Below, one piece after another: positions 17,529-26,749 of a stretch of 45,318 nucleotides of DNA (positions are counted from its first letter, which is position 1; the number at the start of each line of letters is the position of its first letter). The stretch is from Armatimonadota bacterium (GTDB lineage: Bacteria > Armatimonadota > Zipacnadia > Zipacnadales > UBA5352): assembly GCA_034722055.1 (NCBI GenBank), contig JAYENL010000069.1, positions 1-45,318 on the forward strand, given 5' to 3'. The position numbers and the translations under genes were made by a program. The notes under the pieces were generated by a model that ran no database searches, was not told the DNA's origin, and worked only from the letters and a program-made list of their open reading frames with translations.

Positions 17529-19571
17529 TCACGTGATGTGCAGCAGGGCGTAGATCTCCAGGTGGGGAATGACGACCTCCGCCCGGCCGCCCTGCATCTC
17601 GACGTCGATGCTCACGTCCTGCCTGCCGGGCACCTTCAGCGTCGCAGCACGTGCGGTCATGCCCGGCGGCAGCGGGATCGACAGCGCCAGGTCGTCCACC
17701 GCTCCCACGCCATCGTGGGCGGTGCCGATCTCCACGTCGTAGTTCACGCAGTGCACGGTCAGGTCCGTCGGCCCGTCCCAACTGTCCACGTAGGCCGCCA
17801 GCCGCACGAGATGGCCCGAATCGGCGCCCCTCACCGGGTCCGGCAGTCCCACTGCGCCGCCGAGCTCGTCAATCGAGCCCGTGAGAACCGCGTCCGCGGC
17901 GCTCAGGAGTGGCTGGCGATCCGCGTCGGCTCGTTCCCGGCCCAGTCGATCGCGAGCGGCGGTGTCCTCGCCGATCAGGATGAGCTGCCCACCGTCTGCC
18001 GCGTAGTCGATCAGCGCCCGCATCTGCATGTCCGACATGATGCGCACCCCTGGTGCGACCACTGCCTCGTAGCGGTCCAGCGCCTCCGAAGAGAAGGTCT
18101 GCTCCGTCATCAGGTCCACGAGCAGCCCGCGGCCCATCAGCATCTCCAGCACCTCGCCACCGAGCTGGTGCGTCGCCCCGTCGCGGAAGTAGTTCGGCAG
18201 CACGGGCGTGAAGACGGCCACCTGCCCCCAGGGGTAGCGACCCGCATAGAGATCGGCATTTCGCTCGAAGAAGCCGTTCATCATGGCGCGCACCGGGGCC
18301 ATCCACGGATGACGGGCCGGGCGGTACATCAGGTAGGTGCCCCCGCCGCCGAAGGCCGCCGCCTCGGCCAGGCCCAGCACGCCCACGTTCTCGTTCGGCC
18401 CCAGGTTCGCCTCATCCGTGTTCGGGTAGCCCGAGTAGGACATCATGGATACGCGGCAGCTCGCGCCGATGGCCGGGGCATAGCGGAAGGGCCGGAGGTT
18501 CTGGTTCACGTGCCGCATATACAGGCCCGCCACCACGTGCCGGCGGGCGATCCCCGGGTGGCCGCCGAAGGCCCCGGAGGAGTTCTCGGCCATGCCCAGG
18601 TCCGCGTCCCGGAAGCGCGTCGCCATGGCGTGCGCGCGCCTGTGCAGGCCGTTGGGGTAGATGTAGAAGCTGCCATGGATCTCCGTGCCCCATCGCCGGA
18701 TGCGCTCCAGGTGCCGGTGGATGCTCTCCTGCCAGAAGAGCTGGGTCTCCGCCGCGCGCAGGTCGCTGCCGGTCAGGTCCTCGGCCATCCGGGTGTCGCC
18801 GTCGAACAGGGCCTCGATCTCCTCCGGCTCGTAGCGCTCCCGAAGCCACTGATCGAAGCCGTCCCGACACCACGCGCAGTAGCACCGCTGGCTGCCGGCG
18901 TTGTCCACGAACACCCCATCCAGCCCGGCACGCGCCGCCTCCTCCACGACCCAGCGCTGATAGGCGTGGAAGTTCGGATTGTTCACGCAATTGCTGTAGC
19001 GATACATGGGAGCGTACGGCTCATGCTCCTTGCGATAGAAGTGGTGCTCGGAGCCGTCGGGCTTGCGCTGCTGCCAGGTGATGGGATCTTCCGGCTTTGC
19101 CGGGAGGTCGAACTGTTCGAAGGCCTCCCAGTTGTCCCAGAACCGCCATATGCCCAGACGCCGGTCGGGATGCCCCCCGGTCGTCATCATGCAGATGTAG
19201 GAGGTCACGACCTCGACCCCTCGGGCGTGCGCCGCCTCGATGTAGGCCTTCACCTGCTCTCGGTGGGCCCGGTAGGCGGCCACCGCCTCCTCCGCTGACG
19301 CCTCCTCCTCTCCTGCCCTGATGGCCCCAAGGTCGCACATTGGGCCGAAGTAGGGATGTGAGACGGTGAGCTCGTGGTGGGTAATCAGGTGCGGCGGACC
19401 CTCCTCCAGCCCCGCAAGATACTCGGGGCTGAAGATGTCGCCGTAGTCGAGTATGTGCGTGAACGGCACCTGGGTCGGAACGTACTCCCAGCGCGGGACC
19501 ATATCCTCCGGCGCCGCCCATGCCCCCGCCGTGCAGGCCAGCAGTGCCATTATCGCGCTCAGTCGCCTCAT
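17529..19571 (-). CDS. Secreted putative glycoside hydrolase (TIM barrel plus beta-galactosidase trimerisation-like domain)
   Basis: Signal peptide; C.NNP.F, GLDGVFVDN and CYC..C...F motifs; C-terminal 'L.RYEAVV.PG...MSD.....L..Y...GG.LI..G' and 'VHCVNYD'. Confidence 0.7.
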   Translation of the reverse strand: MRRLSAIMALLACTAGAWAAPEDMVPRWEYVPTQVPFTHILDYGDIFSPEYLAGLEEGPPHLITHHELTVSHPYFGPMCDLGAIRAGEEEASAEEAVAAYRAHREQVKAYIEAAHARGVEVVTSYICMMTTGGHPDRRLGIWRFWDNWEAFEQFDLPAKPEDPITWQQRKPDGSEHHFYRKEHEPYAPMYRYSNCVNNPNFHAYQRWVVEEAARAGLDGVFVDNAGSQRCYCAWCRDGFDQWLRERYEPEEIEALFDGDTRMAEDLTGSDLRAAETQLFWQESIHRHLERIRRWGTEIHGSFYIYPNGLHRRAHAMATRFRDADLGMAENSSGAFGGHPGIARRHVVAGLYMRHVNQNLRPFRYAPAIGASCRVSMMSYSGYPNTDEANLGPNENVGVLGLAEAAAFGGGGTYLMYRPARHPWMAPVRAMMNGFFERNADLYAGRYPWGQVAVFTPVLPNYFRDGATHQLGGEVLEMLMGRGLLVDLMTEQTFSSEALDRYEAVVAPGVRIMSDMQMRALIDYAADGGQLILIGEDTAARDRLGRERADADRQPLLSAADAVLTGSIDELGGAVGLPDPVRGADSGHLVRLAAYVDSWDGPTDLTVHCVNYDVEIGTAHDGVGAVDDLALSIPLPPGMTARAATLKVPGRQDVSIDVEMQGGRAEVVIPHLEIYALLHIT

Positions 19572-20329
19572 TGCGCTCCCTCCTCGGCCAGTGCCGCCCT
19601 ATGCCGCTCCCACAGCATCTCGCCATGCGCCTCCGCCCACTCCCGCTCGATCCACAGCAGCGGGGTGAGCGGGCCCTCGATGTACACGTTGATGTCCTGC
19701 AGGCTCGCATCCGCCGTCTGGGGCTCGGCCCAGGTCAGCGACCACGCTCGCCCCCGCAGGGCCTCGGGTACCTCGACCTGCCGCTCCTCTTCGGTGTCGA
19801 ACTCGCCGTCCATCACGAGTGCCACCGAGCCATCGGGGTGATGAAGCGTGACCCGCCCGCCCTCGTTGGGAGAGACCGCCGAGACGCGCACCGTGAAGGC
19901 CTCCGTCTCCTCCGGGACGTAGAGGTACATCTCCGGCACGGCGCCGTTGGAGCCCAGCCCGGTCCGCCCGGCGGCGTAGACCGCCCACGGACGATCGCAG
20001 GAGAAGACAATGCCGTTGCTGTCCATGTTCGCGGACGCGAGGTACAGCTCCGCCGGCTCGCCGGGGATGCGCCGCGTGGCCTGCTCGCCGACCATCACCG
20101 TGGTGTTGAGCCGTATCGACCCGGCCGGGTCAGACACCTCCAGCTTCAGGCCCTGGGTCTTGTCGAAGAAGCTGCGCACCTGCACCGAAACCGTGGGCGC
20201 TCTCTCACCGTCGCCCACGATCACGAAGTAGTGCGGGTTGCGCACCACCAGCTCCGGCTGCTCCTGCGCCTGGACAGCCCACGGCATCAGGAGCGGAACA
20301 AGCGCCGAGATCATCTTCGCGGTCCGCAT
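19568..20329 (-). CDS. Secreted hypothetical protein, translationally coupled to the downstream hydrolase
   Basis: ATG 20329 after GGAGGGAG; signal peptide ending AVQA; two similar beta-rich halves (V.DP.G / LHHPDG); 4-bp ATGA overlap with the next gene. Confidence 0.75.
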   Translation of the reverse strand: MRTAKMISALVPLLMPWAVQAQEQPELVVRNPHYFVIVGDGERAPTVSVQVRSFFDKTQGLKLEVSDPAGSIRLNTTVMVGEQATRRIPGEPAELYLASANMDSNGIVFSCDRPWAVYAAGRTGLGSNGAVPEMYLYVPEETEAFTVRVSAVSPNEGGRVTLHHPDGSVALVMDGEFDTEEERQVEVPEALRGRAWSLTWAEPQTADASLQDINVYIEGPLTPLLWIEREWAEAHGEMLWERHRAALAEEGAQ

Positions 20330-20464
20330 GTGTGGCTCCCTCCTCAGCCGCGCTCCGGCACGCGCCCTGGCCGCGCGGCGATCTGCAGGTAAGGGATCAT
20401 GCCCGACTTTTCGCCTCGCAGCCGGCCAGGACCTGTGTGGCCACCCGCTGCTGCAGCGACGTGT

Positions 20465-20580
20465 GCAAGGATTCCTCGAGTTGATCCCGACGAGGTCAAA
20501 CGGTAGACTGAGGCGCAGGTCCTCGTGCGGTGCCCGGTGTCGGCGGTCGCCTGCCCCAACGTCTTTCAGCGTAGCACGGG
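20465..20580 (-). mobile_element. Possible decayed fragment of a DDE integrase-core transposase
   Basis: Translates as TLKDVGAG...HEDLRLSLPFDLVGINSRN, reminiscent of the TLT.TD.ATGW...LE.IR..LPF...GIDSDNG segment of rve-type transposases. Confidence 0.3.
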
Positions 20581-20793
20581 CGATGTGTGGGTGACCTCGG
20601 GCTGGGCGCTGCGACGCCAGCGTTGTGCTTCGGCCTGATGGAGGAGGATTGCGTTGCGTGAGCGCGATGGCGTGACGCTGCCGAAGCGTCATCGCCTGAC
20701 ACGCGCGAATGCGGTTACGTGCGGGGGCGCCGGCAGGCCGAGGCCTTCGGCCAGGGAACGCCTGTGCAGGACATGGGCCAATGGGTGTAACAG

Positions 20794-21378
20794 ATGACTG
20801 AGCTGGAGAGGCAGGCAGAAGAAGTCTTGCGAGCAATAGGGCTCGAGGCAGGGCAGTCAGTTCTGGATTTCGGTTGCGGCTCGGGGACCTACACGATACC
20901 GGCTGCTCACATTGTCGGAGCTGGTGGCGAAGAGGCCAGAGTGTACGCATTAGATAAGGCATGGTGGGGCATATGGCCAGGTGAAGGCCTCGGGAAACTG
21001 GCGCGGAGAGCACAAGCGGAGAACCTGCAGAATATAAGGGTCATGAAGACCTCGGGACAGTTGAGCATTGATCGGGACGACGCGTCGGTTGATGTCGTCC
21101 TGGCTCATGACGTTTTGCATTCGTACTACTTCTCGCTGGACGAGATTCGGGCAGTGCTGCGAGAGCTCCACAGAGTCCTGAAACCCAACGGCTTTCTCTC
21201 CCTGTACCCCGGAGATCCCGAGGTATCAGGTGCTTCCGCCCAACTGCGGGATATACAGAGGGAGATAGAGCAGGCTGGCTTCCGTGCCGAAGCTGAGTAT
21301 GCTGGAGAGGTAGTCCACGAGAATACCATCACACGGGGTCATGTCACGAGGTTCAGGAAAACGGAGCGCAAGCAGTAG
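20794..21378 (+). CDS. Class I SAM-dependent methyltransferase
   Basis: VLDFGCGSG (motif I), VYALD, DASVDVV and RVLKPNG. Lower GC than the flanks. Confidence 0.85.
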   Translation: MTELERQAEEVLRAIGLEAGQSVLDFGCGSGTYTIPAAHIVGAGGEEARVYALDKAWWGIWPGEGLGKLARRAQAENLQNIRVMKTSGQLSIDRDDASVDVVLAHDVLHSYYFSLDEIRAVLRELHRVLKPNGFLSLYPGDPEVSGASAQLRDIQREIEQAGFRAEAEYAGEVVHENTITRGHVTRFRKTERKQ

Positions 21379-21474
21379 GTGCGACTGTGCGACGGAAACA
21401 GGGGCAGGTGACGCAGCCTGCCGGGGCGAACAGGCAGGCGACCCATCACCCCACGGCTGAGGCGATTGCTCCCA

Positions 21475-22194
21475 ATGCATCTCAAGAGCGCGACCTTTGA
21501 TCCTGAGCGGTACCCGACGACCGAGCACTACCCGTTCAACCTGCCGGTGCTGCGCCCCAAGACCACGCTGGAGTTCACGGACCCGGTCACGCTGTTCGTG
21601 GGGGAGAATGGCTCGGGCAAGTCCACGGTTCTGAGGGCGCTGGCGCGGCGCTGCGGCATCCACATGTGGCGGCACGCCCCGACGCGGCGGGCCAGGCACA
21701 ACCCGTATGAGGACCGGCTGGGGGAGTTCATCTCCATCGAGTGGCGGGCGGGCAGCGTACCCGGCTCCTACTTCGCCTCGGAGGTATTCAACGACTTCGC
21801 CATGATTCTCGATGAGTGGGCGACGGAGGATGCAGGGCAGCTCAAATACTTCGGGGGCGAGTCGCTGCTGACGCAGTCACATGGAGAGTCGCTGATGTCC
21901 TTCTTCGAGGCGCGCTACCAGGTGCGGGGCCTTCACTTCCTGGACGAGCCCGAGACCGCGCTGGCGCCCAGCACGCAGCTCGAACTGCTCAAGCTGCTGG
22001 CCGAGATGAGCTGCCGGGGCCACGCCCAGTTCATCATCGCCACGCACTCGCCGATCATCCTGGCGTGCCCCATGTCCACGCTGCTGAGCTTCGATGGCGG
22101 CTCGATCCACTCCGTGGCCTACGAGGACACCGAGCATTACCGCGTCTACCGCGACTTCATGGCCGCCCCGGCGAGCTATGTGGCCGAGCTGTAG
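21475..22194 (+). CDS. Stand-alone ABC-type/AAA ATPase (COG3910-like)
   Basis: Walker A GENGSGKST, signature QSHGES, Walker B FLDEPE and H-loop ATHSP. Confidence 0.88.
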   Translation: MHLKSATFDPERYPTTEHYPFNLPVLRPKTTLEFTDPVTLFVGENGSGKSTVLRALARRCGIHMWRHAPTRRARHNPYEDRLGEFISIEWRAGSVPGSYFASEVFNDFAMILDEWATEDAGQLKYFGGESLLTQSHGESLMSFFEARYQVRGLHFLDEPETALAPSTQLELLKLLAEMSCRGHAQFIIATHSPIILACPMSTLLSFDGGSIHSVAYEDTEHYRVYRDFMAAPASYVAEL

Positions 22195-22216
22195 CCCACA
22201 TTACTCGCGTACGTCG

Positions 22217-22249
22217 GCCTGCGCCTGATGCCACTCATCAGGCGCAGGC
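22217..22249. terminator. Strong hairpin between convergent genes
   Basis: Perfect 14-bp stem GCCTGCGCCTGATG / CATCAGGCGCAGGC with a 5-nt loop; no U-tract on either side. Confidence 0.5.
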
Positions 22250-22336
22250 GTTGGCGTCCGCAGTGCCGGTCGTCAGGGGGCATGGGGACTCCGCCAGCGG
22301 GGCCTCTTGGTCGCGGACCTCACGGCCAGGGCAGAG

Positions 22337-23233
22337 TCAGTCCTCGAGCTTCAGGATGCGCTGCGCGTTCCTGTGCGTGATCTTATCGAACGCCTCCTGG
22401 CTGATCTTCCCGCCCTCGAGCGCATCTTCCAGGAAGTTCTTCAGGTTGATCAGCACGTCATTCTTGTTGCTCGGCCGGCAGACGTCGGTGCCGAAGCACA
22501 GTCGGTCCTGGAACTGCTCGAGGAAGTCGTAGCCGAACTCGGGATCGCGGCTGACGGCATTGAAGCCGCTGCCGGCGGACAGATCGCCGTAGATGTTGGG
22601 GTAGCGGCTCATCAGCTCCGGCACGCGGCCGCCCTCGACCACAGGCCCGTCCGGATAGCCGCCCCACTCATCCTCGCCCACGTCGGCGCTCATGAAAGCC
22701 CACCACGCCTGCGAGTGGGCGAGGAAGACGAGGTCGGGATGGTCGGCGATCTGCTTCTCCAGGCGAGGGAGGCCGAAGTCGTCGATGAGCCCGTAGGTAT
22801 TGCCCTCGCGGTTCGCCACATGGAAGGTCACCGGCATCTCGCACCGCTCGGCGTGGTCCAGCAGGTTGGTCACGCGCGGGTCGTCCCACCACAGGTTGGC
22901 CGTCAGCTCGCCGATGCCCCGGCAGCCCTTCTCCTTGTAGTGTTCGATGACCCAGCCGAGGTCGAAGTCCGGCGAGTTCACGCTCAGCCGCGGGTCGATG
23001 TTGCAGAAGGGGATGAACCGGTCCGGGTACTGCTGTGCGATCATCAGGATGTCCTCGTTGCTCTGAGTGAGGACGTTGCACTCCGGGCTGGTGAGTGGCA
23101 GCATCACGCCGCAGTCGATGCCCACCTCGTCGTACATCTCAATGAACTGCTCCGGAGAGGCTGGTCCCTCGCTGTCAGGCGTCCAGCCGATGTCCGAGAT
23201 CGCTGAAATGTGCATGTGAATGTCAATGAACAT
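22337..23233 (-). CDS. Amidohydrolase family protein (Amidohydro_2-like)
   Basis: IDIHMH, PDRFIPF, GIGE, PVTFH, FLAH, GDLSAGSG and FGTD. ATG 23233 after GGAGGG. Confidence 0.88.
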   Translation of the reverse strand: MFIDIHMHISAISDIGWTPDSEGPASPEQFIEMYDEVGIDCGVMLPLTSPECNVLTQSNEDILMIAQQYPDRFIPFCNIDPRLSVNSPDFDLGWVIEHYKEKGCRGIGELTANLWWDDPRVTNLLDHAERCEMPVTFHVANREGNTYGLIDDFGLPRLEKQIADHPDLVFLAHSQAWWAFMSADVGEDEWGGYPDGPVVEGGRVPELMSRYPNIYGDLSAGSGFNAVSRDPEFGYDFLEQFQDRLCFGTDVCRPSNKNDVLINLKNFLEDALEGGKISQEAFDKITHRNAQRILKLED

Positions 23234-23325
23234 GTCCGTCCCTCCAGTACTGTAGTCACCGCTGCGCTGTTGCTGAGTGGCAGACGTTCGCGCACTATGC
23301 GGCGTCACGCTGGTGCGTCTACCAG

Positions 23326-23434
23326 GTTCCAGCCCGGCACACCCGTTAAGTAGCGCAGGCGCCCTCGCCTGCGTGCCGTTTGGGCCCTGAGTAGAGCTAC
23401 CTCCCGCGCCGGGGTGGAACGCTCGGCCTGCTCG
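23326..23434. repeat. Composite REP-like element, copy A
   Basis: Imperfect inverted arms 23326-23340 / 23406-23420 (13/15) around GTAG+hairpin CGCAGGCG-CCCT-CGCCTGCG and GTAGAGCTAC. 23352-23434 matches 28408-28490 at 67/83 nt without gaps. Confidence 0.8.
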
Positions 23435-23536
23435 CCCTGCTCACAGGCGTCACCCGGCGCTACGCGCCCGGCGGCCCCTCAAACTGCTGGGCGGCCCACA
23501 CCTCGCTGCATTCCGGCATGACGGCCAGCCGGCGGC

Positions 23537-26500
23537 TCAGCCAGCCGGCTCGATGACCACCCGTGTGGCGCCGGTGAGGGCCAACGCTACCTCGAGCACG
23601 CCATCGGCGTCGGAGCGGACGATCATCGTCTCGCCTGCGGTCACGCGGTACGGCGCATTCGGCCGGACGTGGAAGTCGCCGTCGGCGATCCTCAGCGTCA
23701 GCCGCCCGGTGCCGTTCGCCGCCAGTACCATCGCCTGGTGGTCATACCCGGCGCAGATCACGCTGGCCGGGCGCTCCGTCTCGGCAGAGACCGGAATCCT
23801 CCTGATGACCGCGCTCTCCTCGCGGTCCAGCTCCACGAGCGTGCGCACGCCGTCCGCATCAACGCGCGTCACGAGCTCGGCGGGCACCGGCATCCCCAGA
23901 GCGTTATAGCGGTAGCCCAGGTGCAGGTGTCGGTCGCCCTTCCAGCCGTAGACCCCGGAGCGCATCGTCACGATGCGCTCCTCACCCTTTACGGTTCCCG
24001 AGCGCAGCTCCTCGATGGTTATCGGGTACATCTGCTGGGGGAGGGACGGGTAGGTCAGCTCGCCCTCCCCATAGTAGAAGTAGAGGTTCGCCCACTGCAG
24101 CTTGTCCAGCACGTCCCGGTAGACGTCGGCCTCGCTGTTGATGCGCGAGGGGTTGCCCAGCGACGCCGAGGTCTGCGCCAGGTGCACGTTCGGGCCCGCG
24201 ATGCACTCCTGATCTACAATCAGCGGCAGGGCGCCCACCGTCCGGGTGACCACCGGGCTGTTGGCCACGATCACTGCGCCTCTGTCGGTCATGCGCCGGG
24301 TGAACTCCACCATCGAGGGCTGCGACAGCAGCAGGACCGACCCGACCCGCCGCGTCACCGTCTTCGTCTCGGGATCGATCCGCACGGTGTGGCCGTCCCA
24401 GCGGTCGTGCGTCCACGGCGAGCCGTAGCCGAGCATGAAGCCATCCATGAAGGCGCCGTCGCAGCCGATGTCGTCGATGAGCATGTCGGCGGCGCGCATC
24501 ATGGCGTCATGGAACGAGTTGCCCGGCGTGGGGTAGAAGATGTACCACCGCCAGCCCTCCTCGTAGCGCTGGCGGCTGAAGTAGGGGCTGTTCGCGTAGT
24601 CGTGGGAGTAGGTGACCTGGTTCCCGTTGGCGTCCACCACGCGGGAGTCCGGGAACAGCTCCGCCGGCCGGTTGGTCGAGAACAGGCTGTGGGCGATGTG
24701 GAACATCAGCTTCAGGTGCGGATGCTGGGCGCGAATGGCCGCGAACTGCCGCCGCAGCCGGGCCCGCTCCTTGGGCAGGTGGATGAACTCGATGCCCTCG
24801 ATCTCGATCTGCGGGTCATCGGCGACGTGGGTCAGGCACCCGAAGGAGCCGTAGCGGAGATTCCGCAGCTCCACGTACTCCTCGGAGACGCCCTCGCGGG
24901 AGATGAAGGCGAAGCCGCCCTCGATGGTCGTGCCGTTGCGTCCCTCGTCGCGCCGCACCGCGTTGATGAAGTCCCAGTAGTCGCCGCGGCCGCACGGGTA
25001 GACCGCCCAGTCCAGGGTGTAGGAGGCGCCGGGGGCCAGGCCGAACATGTCGTCGGCCATCCCGGCACGCCCGTCGCGGGCGTACATGGTGCCGTGGACG
25101 ATGTAGACGTCATCCAGCGGGAGCATCCCCACGCCCAGCTCGTCCCAGGCCACGAAGACGCTCTGGCTGTGGCTGTGCCTGCGCTCGATAGCATTGGGGT
25201 GGCCGGCGACCGCCCAGTCCGTGAAGGGGTCGGCGCGGGCGTCGAGCCGGTTGTCGATGATGACGCCCAGCACCTCATCAGTCAGGTTGCGTATCGTGTC
25301 GCGCACCTCGATGCGCGTCTCGCGCCGGTGGATTCGGCGCAGGATGCCGTAGTCCGGCCCGCCGGCGCTCACCTCCCAGGCGTCCTCCGCGAGCTGCCTG
25401 GTCTTCACCTGCCACCCGTCCTGGCCTTCAGCATCGGGCTGGCCGGCCAGCAGCCTGTTCTCGCCGCCGCCGGGGTAGGAGAAAAAGGACTCGACGGGCA
25501 GACGCCTCCCCGCGGCCTGCACGGTGAAGCCGCCCCCGGGATGCACCTGCAGGTCATAGGCAGCCGGGCCGGGGGCCTCAGGCAGCGGCGGTACAACCGC
25601 CTCGGCCGGAGGCGGCGCATGAAGCTCGCCGAACGGGTAGTGGATCTCCAGCGCCGAGGTCACGCTCAGCCCGTCGGGAGCCGTGAGTGCGGCTTCGACG
25701 CGGTACTCGCCCGGCGGGAGATCCGCCAGCGCAAACTGCGCGGCGACCTTGCCGCAGGCGGGCAGGGGAGCGAACTCCTGCACCTGGAGCGCCTCGCCAC
25801 CGGCCGACAGCAGCCGTGCCTCCAGCCGCGCATCGTCAGGGCGTGGGAACACGCCGCGGTAGTCATAGAGCACCAGCAGCCGCTGGCGATCGCGGAAGCG
25901 GTAGGGCACGGCGCGCAGGCGGTCGAACCAGGTGGTGTCGGTCCCGTAGCCGCCCGCGGTGTGCTTGTAGCGGGTCTGGATCTCCTCCGGGGCAAGCGCC
26001 CTGCTGTAGACCCGCAGGTCGTCGATCAGGCCCTGGAAGTGTGGCCCCGTGGGAACCCCGGCGCCGCCCACCACCGCCCCCATCGACAGCCTGCCGCCCT
26101 GCGCGATCTCCTCGAACTGCGACTGGCGGGAGCCGACACGCTCGCCGTTGACATACAGCGCCATGGTGCTGCCGTCGAAGGTGCCGACGATGTGATTCCA
26201 CGCGCCCACCTCCACGGGGGCCTTCAGGTTGTTGCCTCCGCTGGAGATGTACCACCAGCACTGCCCGTCCTTGTACATCGTCAGGGCGTAGCTGCCGGTG
26301 GACTTGCCGGCGATCAGCGGCTCGCCGGCCGGGACAGCGAGCGGCTGCACCCAGGCTTCCAGGCTGACGGCCTCCCTCAGGTCCAGGCCGGCTCCGGCGC
26401 CGCAGTCCACGTAGTCATCGACGCCATTGAAGGCCAGCGCGTGGCCCTCTCCCCGCTGCACCCAGGTGGGCCCGTGCAGCCGGCCGTCGTTGCCCTGTCC

Positions 26501-26635
26501 GCTCAGGTCGCCGGTGACGTCGCCATCGCCCTCGTCAAACGTCCAGTGGCCCACCAGGCCGGCATCGCGCTGTGCCAGCCCCGCCGAGCCGGCACTCGCC
26601 GCCACCAGGATCACCGCCATCAGCCTGATATGCAT
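23537..26635 (-). CDS. Secreted LamG-domain protein with a C-terminal putative TIM-barrel hydrolase
   Basis: Signal peptide; LVGHWTFDEG.G..T.D.SG.GNDG.L.G, WNHIVGTFDG, F.GLIDDLRVYSRAL; later GCDGAFMDGF. Confidence 0.78.
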   Translation of the reverse strand: MHIRLMAVILVAASAGSAGLAQRDAGLVGHWTFDEGDGDVTGDLSGQGNDGRLHGPTWVQRGEGHALAFNGVDDYVDCGAGAGLDLREAVSLEAWVQPLAVPAGEPLIAGKSTGSYALTMYKDGQCWWYISSGGNNLKAPVEVGAWNHIVGTFDGSTMALYVNGERVGSRQSQFEEIAQGGRLSMGAVVGGAGVPTGPHFQGLIDDLRVYSRALAPEEIQTRYKHTAGGYGTDTTWFDRLRAVPYRFRDRQRLLVLYDYRGVFPRPDDARLEARLLSAGGEALQVQEFAPLPACGKVAAQFALADLPPGEYRVEAALTAPDGLSVTSALEIHYPFGELHAPPPAEAVVPPLPEAPGPAAYDLQVHPGGGFTVQAAGRRLPVESFFSYPGGGENRLLAGQPDAEGQDGWQVKTRQLAEDAWEVSAGGPDYGILRRIHRRETRIEVRDTIRNLTDEVLGVIIDNRLDARADPFTDWAVAGHPNAIERRHSHSQSVFVAWDELGVGMLPLDDVYIVHGTMYARDGRAGMADDMFGLAPGASYTLDWAVYPCGRGDYWDFINAVRRDEGRNGTTIEGGFAFISREGVSEEYVELRNLRYGSFGCLTHVADDPQIEIEGIEFIHLPKERARLRRQFAAIRAQHPHLKLMFHIAHSLFSTNRPAELFPDSRVVDANGNQVTYSHDYANSPYFSRQRYEEGWRWYIFYPTPGNSFHDAMMRAADMLIDDIGCDGAFMDGFMLGYGSPWTHDRWDGHTVRIDPETKTVTRRVGSVLLLSQPSMVEFTRRMTDRGAVIVANSPVVTRTVGALPLIVDQECIAGPNVHLAQTSASLGNPSRINSEADVYRDVLDKLQWANLYFYYGEGELTYPSLPQQMYPITIEELRSGTVKGEERIVTMRSGVYGWKGDRHLHLGYRYNALGMPVPAELVTRVDADGVRTLVELDREESAVIRRIPVSAETERPASVICAGYDHQAMVLAANGTGRLTLRIADGDFHVRPNAPYRVTAGETMIVRSDADGVLEVALALTGATRVVIEPAG

Positions 26636-26689
26636 GCAGATTCTCCCTCACATGCCCGGCCCCAGCGCGTCGAGGCGCACGCGCTCGCC

Positions 26690-26744
26690 GGTCGTACCAG
26701 TCCACGCCATCCGCGGTCGGCACGCTCAGGTCGTAGACGGTCAT
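26690..26744 (-). pseudogene. Possible N-terminal stub of a cyclase (kynurenine formamidase-like) family gene
   Basis: GAGAGGG-ATG directly after the aminotransferase stop; reads MTVYDLSVPTADGVDWYD, then degenerates and runs out of frame into the LamG gene. Confidence 0.35.
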
Positions 26745-26749
26745 CCCTC

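Noticed and set aside
20330..21013. N-terminal ~228 aa of the 481-aa ORF 19568-21013
   Set aside because: It overlaps the opposite-strand methyltransferase; the RBS and signal peptide place the real start at 20329.
21475..22194. ATPase plus methyltransferase as a defence system
   Set aside because: The methyltransferase is a small-molecule class I type without DNA-methylase catalytic motifs, no nuclease partner is present, and the two genes differ in base composition.
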